The notes below the pieces were generated by a model. That model searched no databases and had not been told where the DNA came from. It worked only from the letters and a program-made list of their open reading frames with translations. A stretch of DNA of 64,000 bases from Hypanus sabinus (Eukaryota). Positions 50,150 through 64,000 of the stretch are shown here, one piece after another (within the stretch, counting starts at the first letter, position 1; the number at the start of each line of letters is the position of its first letter). Location of the stretch: positions 24,986,001 through 25,050,000 of the forward strand of contig NC_082731.1 in assembly GCF_030144855.1 (NCBI RefSeq). The letters run 5' to 3'. The translations under genes were made by a program, and so were the position numbers.

Positions 50150-53100
50150 AACCACATAAACTTTAAAAAAAAAAAAACAAAGAAACCCTACAGCACAATA
50201 CAGGCCACACGTACAAAATGCTGGCGGAACGCAGCAGGCCAAGCAGCATCCTTAGGAAAAAACACAGTCGACGTGTCGAGCAAAGACCATCAGTCAGGAT
50301 TTACTGAAAGGAAAGATAGTAAGAGCATAACACACGAACTTCGGCCCACAAAGTTGCGCCGAACAAGTCTCTAACTTAGAAATTACTCGGGTCGCCATAG
50401 CACTCTTTTTTTCTGAGTTCCATGTACCTATCGAAAAGTCTCTTCAAAGACCCTATTGTATCCGCCTCTATCACACTAGCCGGCAATCTATTCCACGCAC
50501 TCATCGCTCTCCGAGTAAAACGGTTACCCCTGACGTCTCCTCTGTACATATTTCCAAGCATCATAAACCTGTGCCGACTTGTAACAGCGATTTCCGCACT
50601 GGGAAAAAGCCTCTGACTGTCCACAAGATCAATGCCTCTAATCATATTATACAGCGCTATCAGTTCACCTTTCATTCTCAATCGTTCCAAGGAGAAAACG
50701 CTGAGTTCACTCAACCTGTTTTCATAAGGCATGCTCCCCAATCCAGCAACATACTTATAAATCTCCCTTACACCCGTTCTGTGGGTTCAATATCCTTCCT
50801 GTATTGAGGCGGTCTGAAATGAGCACAGTACTCGAACTGGAGTCCGACCAGTGTCCCAAATAGCTGCAACATTAGCTCTCGGCTCGAAATTGAATTCACC
50901 GATTGATGAAGGCCAATACACCGTATGTCTTCTTAACCATGGAGTCAATATGCGCAGAGCGTTCTATAGACAGGTACCTCAAGATCCCTTTATTCCTCCA
51001 CACTGCCAAGAGTCTAACCATTAGTAATATATTCTGCCATCATATTTGACCTACCAAAATGAGCCACTACATAGTTATCAGGGTTGAGTTCCATCTGCCA
51101 CTTCTCAGCCCAGTTTTGCATCTATCCATGTCCCTTGTAACCTCTGACAGATACCACACTATCCACAATGCCCCAAACCTTGTGTCATTAGCAAATTTCC
51201 TAACCCATACATCCACTTCCTCATACAAGTTATTTATTAAAAATCACGAAGATTAGAGGTCGTTGAACAGATCCCTGTGCCTCACAACTGGTCACCGAAC
51301 CCAATGAGGAATATGACTCTTGTAGAACCACTTTTTTGCCTTTTGTGGGCCAGCCTGATCTGGATCTACAATACAATGTCCACTTGGATTACATGCCTCC
51401 CTATTATCTCAATAAACCTTGCATGAGGTACCATATCAAATATCTTGCTGAAATCCACGCACACTACATCTACTACTGTTCCGGCATCAATGTGTTTAGT
51501 CACATTCTGAAAAAAAAACAATAGGACTCATAAGGCATAAACTGCTGTTGACAACACTATACTGTCTATTCCTAAACATATTATACCTCTGGAAATGTTC
51601 ATAAATCCTGCATCTCAGGATCTTCTTCATCAACTTTCCAACAACTGAAGTAAGATTCTCTGGTCTACAATATTCTGCGGTATATGTACTCCCCATCCTG
51701 AATAAGGGAATAACTTCCGCAAACCGCCAATCCTCTGGAACCCCTCCTGTCCCAATTGATGATGCAAAGATTATCGTCTGAGTTGCAGCAAACAACTCTA
51801 TCGCATCCCAAAGTATCCTGGGGTCCAACCCATCCGATAACGTCGATTTATCCAATTTGATACGACCTAAAATCCCTGGTACATCTTGCTTCTTAATATC
51901 TATATGTTCAAACTTCTCAGTACGCTAGGTGTCAGCAATACAATGGCCAGTAATGCTTTTTCCATAGTGAATATTGAAGTAAAGTATTCATGAAGTACTT
52001 CAGCTATTTGGTCCAGTTGCATACATATTTTCCCACTTTCACAATTGATAGGTCCTCGACTTTCACTCCTTATCCTCTTGTTCATCACATATGTGTAGTG
52101 TGGCTTGGAGTTTTCCTTACTCCTCCCCTCCAAGGCCTTCTCATGGGCCCTTCTGGCTCTACTAATTTATTTCTTAAGCTCCTTTCTCTTAACCCTATAA
52201 TCTTCTAGATCTCTAAGATTACCTAGCTCTCGGAACCTTTTGTAAGATTTTCTTTTCTTCTTGATTAGATACACACCACGGTTCATTTAACCCGCCATAC
52301 CTTCCGTCTCAACTGAACGAACCTATGCAGAACTCGACACAAATATACTCTGAACTTTGCCACATTCCTTCCGTAACTTTCCTTGGGAACATTTGTTCTA
52401 AATTTAAGCTTCCAAGTTCCCGCCTGAAAGATTCATAATTCCTCTTACTCCAGCTAAACGTTTTTCTAACGTGTCTGTTCCAATCTCTCTCCAATGCTAT
52501 TGTAAAGGAGATAAAATTATGATCACTATCTCCAAAATGTTCTCCCCCTGAGAGATCTAACGCATGACCATGCTCATTTCCCAATACCAAACGAACTATT
52601 GTATCTACTCTTGTAGGCTTATCCATGTATTGCGTCAAGACACCATCCTGAACACACCTAACAAACAATACCACATCTCGCACCCTGGCTCCAGGGAGAT
52701 GCCAGTCGATATTTGGGAAGCTAAATTCTCCCATCACGACAATTCTAGTTTTTTTTTAATTATTACACCTTTAAGGATCTCTTTCCCTTTCTGCTTCTCG
52801 ATATTCTTGTTCCTCTTATATGGCCTATAAAAATAACCTAGTATGGCTATTACATCCTTCCTACTCCTAACTCACAACCACAGAGAGACGATAGACAATC
52901 TCCTTTTCTACAGCATTGACACTATCGCTGATCAACGGTGCCACGCCCCACCTCTTTAGCCTTCATCCCTTTCCTTACTAAAATATTTTAAACCCGGCAC
53001 ATAAAGTAACCATTCCTGTGCCTGATCCACTCAACCCTCTGTAATGGCCATCACATCGTAGCTCCAACAACTAAGCTACGGGCTAAGCTTTGCTCACAAT

Positions 53101-54100
53101 ACTCCGTGCGTTATCACAGACAAATCTCAAACCGTCGGTCTGAGCGCGTTCCCACTGCCTACCTTAATTCACCCACTGTATCGAAGCTTTCCTTATTTGT
53201 GAGCCAACTTCCTCATCCCCAGTCACTTCAGTTCGGTCCGCAACACCCAACAATTCTAGTTTAAGCACTCCCCAGTAGCCAAAGCAAACACCGCCGCCTG
53301 GCTATTGGTCTCCATGGGATTCAAGTGCAACCAGTCCTTTTTGTACTGATCATACCTGCTCCAAAACAAGTACCAATGGTCCAGACAGCTGAACCCTTGT
53401 CCCACGGGTCAAATCCCTCAGCCACGTATTTATTCTCCACCTCACTCTATTCCTATACTCACTGACACGTGGCTCAGGCAGTAATCCCGAGATTACTACT
53501 TTTGCGGTCCAACTTCTCAACTTCCTTCCTCACGCCCTGTAGACTGTTTTCATGACATTTTCCCTTTTCCTAACTCTGCCATTGGTACCAATATGCAACC
53601 CGACCTCGGTCTGTTCTTCCGCCCACTGCCGGATACCTTGGATCCGAACTGAAATACCCCGCACCCTCGCACCGCAAGGCAAACTAACATTCAAGTTTCT
53701 TTCTTGCGGCCACAGGATTGCCTCTCTGACCTCCTAACTATAGACTCCCCTATCATTACTGGATTTATCTTCTTACCCTACCTGTCTGAGCCGCATGGCC
53801 GGAGTCTGGCCTGAGGCAGAGGCACTGTTGTTTCACCCAGTTAGGCCGCCCCTCCCAACAGTACTCAAACAGGAGTACAGGGGTAGAGACACAGGGATAC
53901 TCTCTAGTACCTGACTCTTTCCTAGCACCTGACTCTAGCCATTCCCTCTACTGAATGTTACCCATTTGTCTGTTCCCTTTGGCGCCGGTGTGTCCACCTC
54001 TCTATGACTCCGTGCTATCATCACCTTGCTCTCCCTGACCAAACGAAGGTCATCGAGCTGCAACTCCAGTTTCCTAACGTGGTCGCTTAAGAGCTGCAGC
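50150..54100 (-). mobile_element. CR1, near full length, decayed
   Basis: APE (MGEFSFPNIDW...PTRVDTIV, 52309-52737), RT (YCRPENLTSVVGKLMKKIL, 51496-51855), C-terminus (50376-50741), and esterase-like ORF1 remnants at about 53300-53800. Confidence 0.92.
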
Positions 54101-54297
54101 TCTCTTTTGTTTTTCTTTTATTCTCTCTCTCTCTTACTCTCTCTAATTCAATGTACAGCGTCACTGTCCATTTGACTTTGCAAGAAAACGTAAAAAAAAA
54201 TAATTGTTGAGAACGAGGCAGAGTAACTGCACTCAAACCGTAGATGTGACTGCAAGCTTACAGCTACCTGTCATTTTAATTTTACTTCTTCTTTCAG

Positions 54298-54609
54298 CCT
54301 GTGCTGCTATCATGTACCATTACAATACTGTCCCACAGACGCCAAAGGAACAACGCCTCGTCATCCATGTGGGAACGTTGTTATTTACCAGTGGCACGAC
54401 GAATTCCAATCTTTAGCAAATTCACACTTTTTTTAGTTTTTTTTTTACTGAACTTGCCTTCCGTAATGGACATTTCCAGCGCGGGTTGTGCAGCAGCATA
54501 TTTTCTGTTGATAGTTGTCATGTGGAGATGCGTACTAGTTGTTGATAGAGTAAAAGCTTCTTGGAGCTGTTCCTATATTACATCCGAAGATGATTCCAAC
54601 CACTTTTGA
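54298..54609 (+). pseudogene. Possible leaderless (supporting V-delta-like) V relic
   Basis: Strong acceptor TTTTAATTTTACTTCTTCTTTCAG ends at 54297. NTVPQTP is FR1-like and YFLL...VDRVKAS...EDDSNHF* is FR3-like, over about one V-exon length. No clear WYRQ motif and no RSS. Confidence 0.3.
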
Positions 54610-56048
54610 AATCTTACTTTTAAAAGAAATATTGTTATTATGTGGATTACTAAACCTACGGAAAAAAAGAAGTGGGCTCTCCATGAGGAGGTGGAATCTA
54701 TTATGGAGGTGCTTTGGAAACATAAACGAGAATTTCCTGGGGAGTTCCAGAAATTGTTTCAGCAACAAAGCGCTGAGAGTAAATATATTAATGTAAAATT
54801 GGATTCGAATCAATAAAAAAAATGAATTGAGCATTATAAACCATTAAGTGACAATGAAGAAACGTTGACGATTTTGGACGCGAGAATTGAAGATCTATAA
54901 AAGCTTTGTGAGAAATAGTCATAGGCTAATGAAAAAGTAAGACAGAAGATTAACAGACAATAACAGCAGAAGAAACAATCTGCGAATTCTGGGTCCTGAA
55001 GAGTTAATAAAAGGTAAACAAACTAAGAAATTCTTTGCAAATTGTTGGCAAAATTGTTTCCTACAATTTTAAAATCTCCGCCTAAGATCGATTGAGCCAA
55101 GTGATCGTTCCGGCCCAGATCTGCCGTAGGAGTGAGACCTCGATCAATGTTCATCTGTTTGCATGATTTTAAAACATAGGAAATTATTCGTGAATCCGTC
55201 GAAGTGACATGATTGATTACAACGTGCAGAAGATCAGAATTGTCGAGGATTTTTCTCCTGAGATGATGAACGAATACTTCAGGGCATTATTTTTAAGGTT
55301 ATGCCAGTCCAAAGGTTTTAAACCGACTCTCCGTTATCCTGCTCTGCTCAGAATTATTTTGAGAAATGGCTCTCAGAAATGGCTCCGTTCGATATAGGGC
55401 GCTCAAGATTTCTTTAGGAAGAAGTGTATGGCTGTTTCACATTTTCTTACATTAATAATTGCTTCTTTTGCTTTTGACATACCTTTGCAGCTAACTCTCT
55501 TTTTGAAATCTTTAATGCTTTATTTAGATAATAAGATTTTAATGAGTTAATACTCTGTGTGTTACTCTGTAGACTTTCGATAGTTCTTCAATATTTTATA
55601 TTATACTTATTTTTCAGGTTTTATCAATACTGTTTTGTCCTGTTTAACATCTAGTTAACATTGAAAACGTATTTTGAGCGATAACAGTAGACTTTTTTGG
55701 ATGGTACTGCCTTTTGGTTTAGCTGTCGACTGTCCATTTGTCGACGTTCTTTCGGTGGTGTGTGGGTTGCTGGGGGTCTTTTTTTCTGCATGCTATTTTG
55801 GTATCATAGCCATATATGCTGTCTGTTTACCCTATCTCAAAGCTATTATTTGGATTTAATATACATTCCAGAACTTACAATTCAAACCTTTCTTTTTACG
55901 TGATATTAAAAATTGATTATGCTATTTATTTGCTTCGTTTTTGAGTGAAATGATTAAATAAGTCCGTGAAACGTAATAGGATGTTTACCTATATTAAGAT
56001 GTCTTAAGGTGCCAATTATTTTTTACATGTAACTCTCATGCTCCCTTC
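54610..56048 (+). mobile_element. L1 5' part (ORF1), decayed
   Basis: NNSRRNNLRILGPEE and IRIVEDFSPEMM..GFKPTLRYPALLRI are L1 ORF1 motifs. Confidence 0.85.
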
Positions 56049-59000
56049 TGTCACCTGGCTGACTTACTCAGGAATTGGGCCTTCAGCACCTCGTTTAGTT
56101 CCCAATCTATTCCCAGGTTCCAATAATTACGAACCCCTGCATTCCATCAAGCAGAATAGTATAAGGGTACTGTGACCACTACTGGTCGACAGGTGTAGGA
56201 GTCACCTCACTCCATGTTGTTTAGGACTATCGGTTCTAAGTCAAAACTTGTTCCTGAATTATCTACCAAGATCACGACTCCGGGAAAAAATAAAAACCCT
56301 GGAAACCTTTCCAGGCTAGCTACGACGGCAGCGTCTCCCTCCTCGGCCTCCGCGCCCGTGTTCAGCACTTGGGTTCGTTCCACCGTCATGTCCTTGCAAC
56401 AGAACGAACTGGCCAACATGAACCAGGCGGACTCAAATCCCTTGAAACAAGCCCTCGCCAGCCAGGGCTCCTTACTGGGCCTTCAAGGCCAACTTCTTCG
56501 GGAAGTCATGGATAACCTCCGCTCCCTTTCAGTGAAGGTCAGGGAACAGGCCGAGAGAGTATCCATCCATCTTACCCCGTCGACACAGGGAGCTCTGTCT
56601 GCATAATCCAGACAATATACAATAGATGCAGAAGTAGACCATTCGGCCCTTCAAGCCTGCATCGCCATTCTGAAATAATAGCTGATCATCTACTATCAAT
56701 ACCCGGTTCCTGCCTTGTCCCCATATCCCTTGATTCCTCTATCCATAAGATACCTATCTAGCTCCTTCTTGATAGCATCCACAGAATTGGCTTCCACTGC
56801 CTTCGGAGGCAGTGCATTCCAGATCCCCACAACTCGCTAGAAGAAGACGTTTTTTCCTTAACTTTGTCCTAAATGACCAACCCCTTATTCTCAAACCATG
56901 TCCTCTGGTAATGTACTCTCCCAGCATCTGGAACATATTTCCTGCCTCTATCTTTTCCAATCCCTTAATAATCTTATATGTTGCAATCAGATCCCCTCTC
57001 AATCTCCGTATTTCCAGCGTGTAGGAGCCCAGTCTCTCTAACCTCTCTGCGTAAGACAGTCCGGACATCCGAGGCATTAACCTCGTGAATCTACGCTGCA
57101 CTTCCTCTATAGCCAGGATGTCCTTCCTTAATCGTGGAGAGCAAAACTGTACACAATACACCAGGTGTGGTCTCACCAGGGTCCTGTCCAAATGCAAAAG
57201 AATTTCCTTGCTCTTTTACTCAATTCCTTTTGTAATAAACGACAACATTCTGTTAGCCTTCTTCACTGACTGCTGCCCTTGCTCATTCACCTTCAGTAAC
57301 TGATGAACCAGGACTCCGAGATCTCTTTGTATGTCTCCCTTACTGAACTCTACACCGTTCAGACAATAATTTGTCTTCCTGTTTTTACTCCCAAAGTGGA
57401 TAACCTCACACTTATTCACATTAACCGTCATCTGCCAAGTATCTGCCCACTCACTCAGCCTAACCAAGTTACCCTGAATTCTCCTAACATCCTCATCACA
57501 TGTCAAACTGCCACCCAACTTAGTATCATCAGCAAACTTGCTGATGTTATTCTCAATGCCTTCATCTAAATCGTCGATGTAAATTGTAAACAGCAGTAGT
57601 CCCAATACCTAGCCCTGTGGCACCCCACGAGACACCACCAGCCATTCCGAGAAACACCCATTCACCGTTACCCTTTGCTTTCTATCTACCAACCAGTTTT
57701 CTATCCATGTCAATATCTAACCCCCCAATGGCATGAGCTCTGATTTTGCCCACCAATCTCCTATGTGGGCCCTTATCAAATGCCCTCTGAAAATCGAGGT
57801 ACACTAGATCCACTGGATCTCCGTTGTCTAACTCTTCCTGGTCGCATCCTCGAAAAACTCCAATAGACTAGTCAAGACAGACCGTCAGACAGACAGACTT
57901 TATTGGCGAAGCCCAATGCGTCCATTACACGTCCGTCAAGACAGCTGCAGGTACCCGAATCAGAGTACTCCGGCGGATATCTGGGGAAGTGCCAGGCTTT
58001 TGTTCTGCAATGCTATTTGGTATTTGAGCAGCAGCCATCCACATGCGCCACCGATCGAGCAAAAGTAGCTTACGTTATGGGGTTGTTGCGAGGAAATGCC
58101 TTAGCTTGTGCCAACGCGATTTGGGACAATTAGCCAGAGACCTGCTCTTCCTTACCCACCTTCATTTCAGTGATAAGGGAGATTGTTGACCATAAAGTCC
58201 GCAGTATTTTTGCCGCCAAGCGTCTTTTCGCTCTCTGTCAAGGCTCAAGCAATGTTGCCGAATACTCCATGGAGTTCCGGACGCTAGTGGCTGAATCGGG
58301 TTGGAATGATGAGGCACTCCAGGCGGTATTCCGGCAAGGACTCTGTGACAAATTTAAGGACGAGTTAGCGACTAGGGATGATAATAACATCCTGGACTCA
58401 ATGATCTCCCTGGCCAATAGACTGGACAATCGAATCCGAGAACGGCAGAGGGAGAGAACCGGTCGCCCGGCTCTTTTGGCCATCACACGGCAGGCTTTAC
58501 CCTCTACTCCCAGTCCGAAACTGTCTCCTCCTCCCATTCCTAGAATAGCACCCGTCTTGGCCGTTTCCACCACACCAGGAGAGTAACCAATGCAGCTGGG
58601 ACGGAGCCGTCTTTCTCCCACAGAGCGACTCCGGAGATTCAGAGCCGGTAATTGTTTCTACTGCGGTCAGTCGGGTCATTTTTGCGCAACCTGCTTCCTT
58701 AGGCCAAAATGGGAGGGCTCACCAGTAGAAAGGGGGACCATGCTGAGTCAGAAAACATTCCCTTCAGTCCTCCAAACCCGGATGCAGATCGAAGCTACTG
58801 TAACCTACAACCAAAAGTCCCTGTCCTTTTCTGCATTGATAGACTCCGGTGTTGAGGGGAATCTGTTGGATGAATTCACAGCTGCCCAAGCCGAAATTCA
58901 TCGAAAGCCGTTGACTGCCCCTCGGGAAGCTCCGGCACTTGACGGAAGACTTCTGACACGAGTCACTCAACGTAATCCACTACTGCCTTTGATAATCTCT

Positions 59001-61165
59001 GGGAATCATCGGCAGAAGGTACAATATAAACTAATTTCCTTTCCTCAGGCTCCAATAGTAGTCGGGAAAACCTGGTTAAGCAGCCATAATATTTGCATTG
59101 ATTGCTCCACAGGGAAGATCGTCAGCTGGACTCGGTTACGTCACGGCACCTGTCTGCAGTCGACCTTTTCCCCTGTAAGAACTACCATGACAACGTCTAC
59201 TATAGAACCCTCCGACTTGTCCAGGGTTCCAGCCGAATACACGACCTGGGACAAGAGATTAGTAAAAAAAACTGCCCTGCCTTTCCCTGCCACCACATCG
59301 ACCATAAGATTGTGCTATCGACTTTCTCCCCAGAGCTCCTCCACCCAACATTCGGCTGTATAACATGTCTGTCCGGACTCCGAAACAATGAAAGGACACA
59401 TTAGTGAATCTCTCGCTGCGGGCATTATTCGACCCTCATCCACCACGGTGGGCGCAGGGTTTTTCTTTGTGGGGAAGAAGGATGGCTCCCTCCGTCCCTG
59501 CCTCGACTATCGAGGCCTAAATCATTTAAACATCAGGATGAAGTACCTACTGTCCCTTATAAGATCTGCGTTCGACCCAGCTGATGGAGCCAACATCTTC
59601 TCGAAGTTATTCCTCCGAAACGCTTACCAATTGTTCCGGGGGAGGGAGGGAGACGAGTGGAAGACGGTTTTCAATACGTCTTTAGGCCACTTCGAATACT
59701 TATTCTTTCCTTCCGGCCTCACTAATGACCCGCAGTTTTTCAAGCCTTCATCAGCGATGTACAAGGAGACTTCATTAACCGTTTTGTGTTTGTCTACCTA
59801 GATGACATTCTGATTTTTTTCCAACTGTCCCAAACAACACGTGCACCATGTCAGTGAAGTCCTGCAGAGGCTGGGGAGATGGAATTATTCGTACTGTCGG
59901 AGAAATGATAATTCCACGTCTCCTCGGTCAGCTCCTAGGTTATATCATCGAGAGGGAACAGGTGAGAGCTGATCTCGAGAAGATCCGGGCTGTGGCGGAG
60001 GGGCACAAACCCACGGAACGAAAAGAACTCTAACGTTGCGAACTTCTATCGCCGGTTCATCAGAATCTACAGCCAGGTGGCGGCTCCCCTTACCAGACTT
60101 ACCTCACTTGTCATACCTTTCCTTTGGTACTCCGAGGCTGACTCAGCATTCGCGGAACTGAAGAGGCGTTTCAGAACGCTCCCGTTCTGACTCAACCAGA
60201 ACCCTCCAATCAGTTCATTGTGGAGGCTGATGCCTCTGTCTCAGGGGTGGGATCGGTACTGTCACAACGTTCAGGCACGGATGAGAAACTGCATACCTGT
60301 GATTTCTTCTCTCGCCCGTTGTCTCAAGCTGAACGAAATTACGACGTGGGGAACTGAGAGCTACTAGCTGCTAAACTGATGTTGGAGGAGTGGAGCAACT
60401 GTTTGGAGGGGGCGTAACACCCGTTCATCGTCTGGAAAAATCACAAGATCGTTGAATATATCCAAACCGCCAAACATCGGAATTCCAACAAGGCCCGTTG
60501 GGCATTATTTTTTGGCCGGTTCAGGTTTTCCCTGACCTATCGTCCGGGGTAAAAGGACGGGAATATGTTTCGGAGAAGTTCCTTTTCAACCCCGAGACCA
60601 TTCCTCCACCATTCTGTATCGTGTCTGCCCTCACCTGGGAGATCGATTCAAAAGTCAAAGAGGCCCAAAGGACTCTTTGCACCGGATCTCCCAATTGCCT
60701 CTTTCTACCCGATGTTGTTCCATTACAGTTTCTACAGTGGTGGCACACGTCTCGTACTGCTTGCCATCCCAGAATCGATCGGAACCGGACTCTCCTGAAG
60801 AAGCATGTCTGTTTGCCCTCCATGGACGCTGACACCCTTTCCAATGTTTCTGTCTGTTCCGTCTGCGCCCGTGGAAACGCCTCCCGTCGGCTGGTTTTAA
60901 CTGAGGCTCATTAAAGTTTGGATGAATACGCCAGGAATTTGGCAGCGTGAGGCGAACCGCTTTAGGATTGATAAGCGTTTCCAAATTGAATGTTCCCAGG
61001 AAGCGTGGGTGGGGTGGCGAGTCTCCTGTGTTCGCATTTAAGCGGGATGAGCCGAGAGGAAAGCAACACCATCTGCCCCGGTTGGTACTCCGGTGCTGGA
61101 GTCCGGTGTCGATCGGCCTTTTTCTTATTCCGATCTGTTGATCGTAGACAAGTTTAACTTTGGGC
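56049..61165 (+). mobile_element. Chromovirus-type Ty3/Gypsy element, decayed: LTR, gag, PR, RT, RH, part of IN, and an inverted IN fragment at about 60915-61165
   Basis: Starts TGTCA at 56049, and the LTR matches the 20329-20961 family. Gag motifs SSNVAEYSMEFRTL and CFYCGQSGHFCATC; PR motif ALIDSG; RT motif [24 protein letters not shown]; RH motif IVEADAS. Confidence 0.92.
56610..57880 (-). mobile_element. CR1 3' fragment inserted in Gypsy gag
   Basis: TIYIDDLDEGIENNISKFADDTKLGG (57216-57605) and RTLVRPHLVYCVQFCSP (56754-57197). Confidence 0.95.
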
Positions 61166-61169
61166 CAGA

Positions 61170-63050
61170 TTATATTCAATTGATTAAATGACATTATGTA
61201 TCTACATCTGTCTCGGGTTCTTACAACTTCTCAGAATTCCAAACCACTTAAACTTCAACATGGATCTAGACAAGCTTGTTCTTTGAGCGCTTTGCTTTCT
61301 GATCTGGCCTTAGAACACTTTGCTATTGCTTTCCGATAATCTAATGATCTCACTAGTATTATAAGGAGAGATATTTTTCACAAAATTTTGCTTCATGCTG
61401 CTGTACTATTGCTTTACATTTCTAATGTTGAGATGTCACTACCTATAATTTCCTTACTCTCCTGTATTAGTCAGTTTTCAGGATATAAACTAAATACGAG
61501 TGTGTTTTTTTTTCCTTTGAATAATTTGGTATAGATTAATACTAACGTTCCTTTTAAAATTGAAAAGAATCAATTTACTTATTTGTGTGTAATAGTTACA
61601 CAGAATTATAAACACTTACTTAATGATTACTTTTTACCCCATTGAGTTATGTAAAAAGAACACTATCAAAATGCACGCACTTTTATTATCGTTCAATGTT
61701 CGAATTAATTCTATTAAAATGAATATCTTGCCTAAATTGTTATACCTTTTTCTTCCCCTACCCGTTATTCCTAAATCCTTTTTTGAATATCTTGATTTTA
61801 TCGTATCTTCATGTATATGGAAACAGAAACTTGCTCGAATATGTACAATTCATTTTCAAAAAGCTAAAAATAATGGTGGTTTAGCTTTAACAAATTTCAG
61901 GTTTTATTATTGGATTTCAATATACTGAACCTCATGTTAGGTTATATTATATTAACCTAGAGGACTGTCCGATTTGTGATTGTTTAGAGGCTTACTCTGT
62001 TAATAAATGTTCTATAATTTCTTTGTTCGGATCCTCAATTCCTTTATTTTTAAGTAAACTAATGCTTGTTCCGTAGTTACTTTGAGGATTTGGGTACAAT
62101 TTAGGCAATATTTACTTTATTGAGATTTTCTCTCTCCTGTCACTTTTTTTCTAAATATTTTAAAATTTCTATGACTGAGTTACTTTGTAAACATTGAGAT
62201 AGACAGAATATTTAATGCTTCCAGGATTTATTTGTTAGAGGAAATCTCTTTTCGTTTGAGCAGATGTCAAATAGATACAACTTACAAAAAAACCTTTTTC
62301 GATGTTTACAAATTAGAGACTTTCTGCGATTTACATACATTTCCTAAAAGTCCCGATAAGAATTAATTGGATGAGATTTCTAATTTGAAACCTCTTCATA
62401 ATGTATTTATATCTCATACTTATGCTGCGTCGTTGGGAATGATAAAGGTTCCTTCATAAAAAATTAAAAATCACTGGGAATAACTCTTACAGACGTGAAT
62501 TTCTGAGGAATCCTGGAATGAAATGTGTATGTTGATAATAACACATCGTGACCTGGCCGTCATTCCTTCCGACAATTTAAACTGGTCCATAGTTCCTACA
62601 TGTCTAAAGATAATTCGTCTCGCTTTTATTCGGGTATACGTCCTGAGTGTGACAGAATCTCTGGAGACGCTTCACTAATTCATATGATTTGAACATATCC
62701 GAGTCTGGAAAACTATTAGAGTGAAGTATTTCAAACTTCTGTTCTGTTGTTTTTAAAATAAATGTTACTACTAACACTTTGACTGCCTTATTCGGTATTG
62801 CTGGAAACAAAGATGTTGTTTTGGCGTTACCTGATTGTACATTTCGGTTTTATTTCTCTTATTGCTCAGAGGGCATTGCTGTTTAGGTGGATTAATGTTC
62901 CACCCCTTAATCATACTGAAAGTTTAAATGATATTATGTATATTTAAATTTAGAGAAGCTGCGTTGTTCAATTCCCGTATCAAGAGAAGACTTTCGAACC
63001 GTGATGGAAACATTTTTGAATTATTTACAAAATCTTTAACTGGTTATTAA
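61170..63050 (+). mobile_element. L1 ORF2 C-terminal half, decayed
   Basis: KLQHGSRQACSLSALL resembles RGTRQGCPLSPLL. RINSIKMNILPKLLYLF...GGLALTNFRFYYW and a C-terminal Cys/His region are also present. Confidence 0.9.
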
Positions 63051-63084
63051 AAACGGATTTTGGATATGTTTTACTATGTAGTAA

Positions 63085-64000
63085 GGAACATAGGACCATA
63101 GAGCATTACAGCATAAAACAGGCCTTATCGCCTTTCTTGGCTGTGCCGAACCACTTTACTGCTAGTCCCGCTGACCAGCACCTGGACGATATCGTTCCAT
63201 AGACTACTCATCCATGTAGAAGTCTTAAGATTTTTTTTTTGTTTATGTTAAAACTGATCCCGAATTTACTACTTCATTTGGCCGTTCATTCCACACTTCC
63301 AGCAGCCTCTGTGTGAAGAACCCCGCCCCCCAGCCCACCTCATGTTCACTTTAAACATTTTCCCCTTCACTCTTAAACAATGCACACTTTATTTTTCTTC
63401 ACTAGCCTCGGTGGGAAAAAAAAACGGCTTGCATTCACACTATCGATACCCGTCATGCCTTTATATACCTCTATCAAATCTCCCCTCATTTCTCTGTGCT
63501 ACACGGACGACATTCCTAACCTATTCAAACTCTCGCTGTAACTCAGTTTCTCAAGTCCCGACAGCATCCTTGTAAACATTCTCTGCAGTCTTTCAACCTT
63601 ATTAATAGCCATCTTGTAATTCGGTGACCAAAACTGCACACAATACTCCATGTTTGGTCTCACCAATGCCTTAAACAGCCACACCATAACATTCTAATAC
63701 ATATACTTAATACATTTATTTATAAAGGCCAATGCGCCAAAAACTCTCTTTAACACCCTATCAAACTGTGACGCCAATTTTATTGAATTTTGTATATGTA
63801 TTCCCAGATCCCCACCCCTCTGTTCTACTGCATTCCTCTGTGCACTACAATTTACCTTGTATGTTCCACCTTGGTTTGTCGTTCCAAAGTGCAATACTTC
63901 ACACTTGTCTGTATTAAACGCCATTTGCCATTTTTCACCCCATTATTCCAGCAGGTGCAAATTCCTCGGTTGTCATTGAAAACTTTCGTCACTCTCCTGT
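63085..64000 (-). mobile_element. CR1 3' fragment
   Basis: AFNTDKCEVLHFG and LFKALVRPNMEYCVQFWSP. Confidence 0.95.

Noticed and set aside
54244-54416. Apparent transmembrane exon LPVILILLLLSACAAIMYHY, duplicated at 2211-2373
   Set aside because: The hydrophobic run is the translation of a polypyrimidine tract ending in CAG. The upstream AG lacks a pyrimidine tract and the paralogue is frameshifted.

Overview
Vertebrate genomic DNA, inferred to be from a cartilaginous fish given its CR1/Penelope/L1/Gypsy repeat content and an IgNAR-related V gene. Most of the window is decayed, nested retroelements (CR1, L1, Penelope, Rex1, Ty3/Gypsy including a Gmr1-type element). The non-repeat scaffold looks like part of an antigen-receptor locus, probably TCR-delta/NAR-TCR. 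It holds one intact leader plus CDR2-less NAR-type V exon with an RSS (39271-39791), and about 310 bp downstream a D segment flanked by 12/12 RSSs (40101-40170). A J-type 23-RSS (40397-40435) follows and is cut off exactly by a 7.3 kb LTR element; no J coding sequence was found. An older, degenerate paralogue of the D-J-downstream region lies at about 1.6-2.6 kb, and several weak V and leader relics are scattered between. There are no prokaryotic features, CRISPR arrays, rRNA or tRNA genes. All alignments were done by eye, and relic calls are low confidence.
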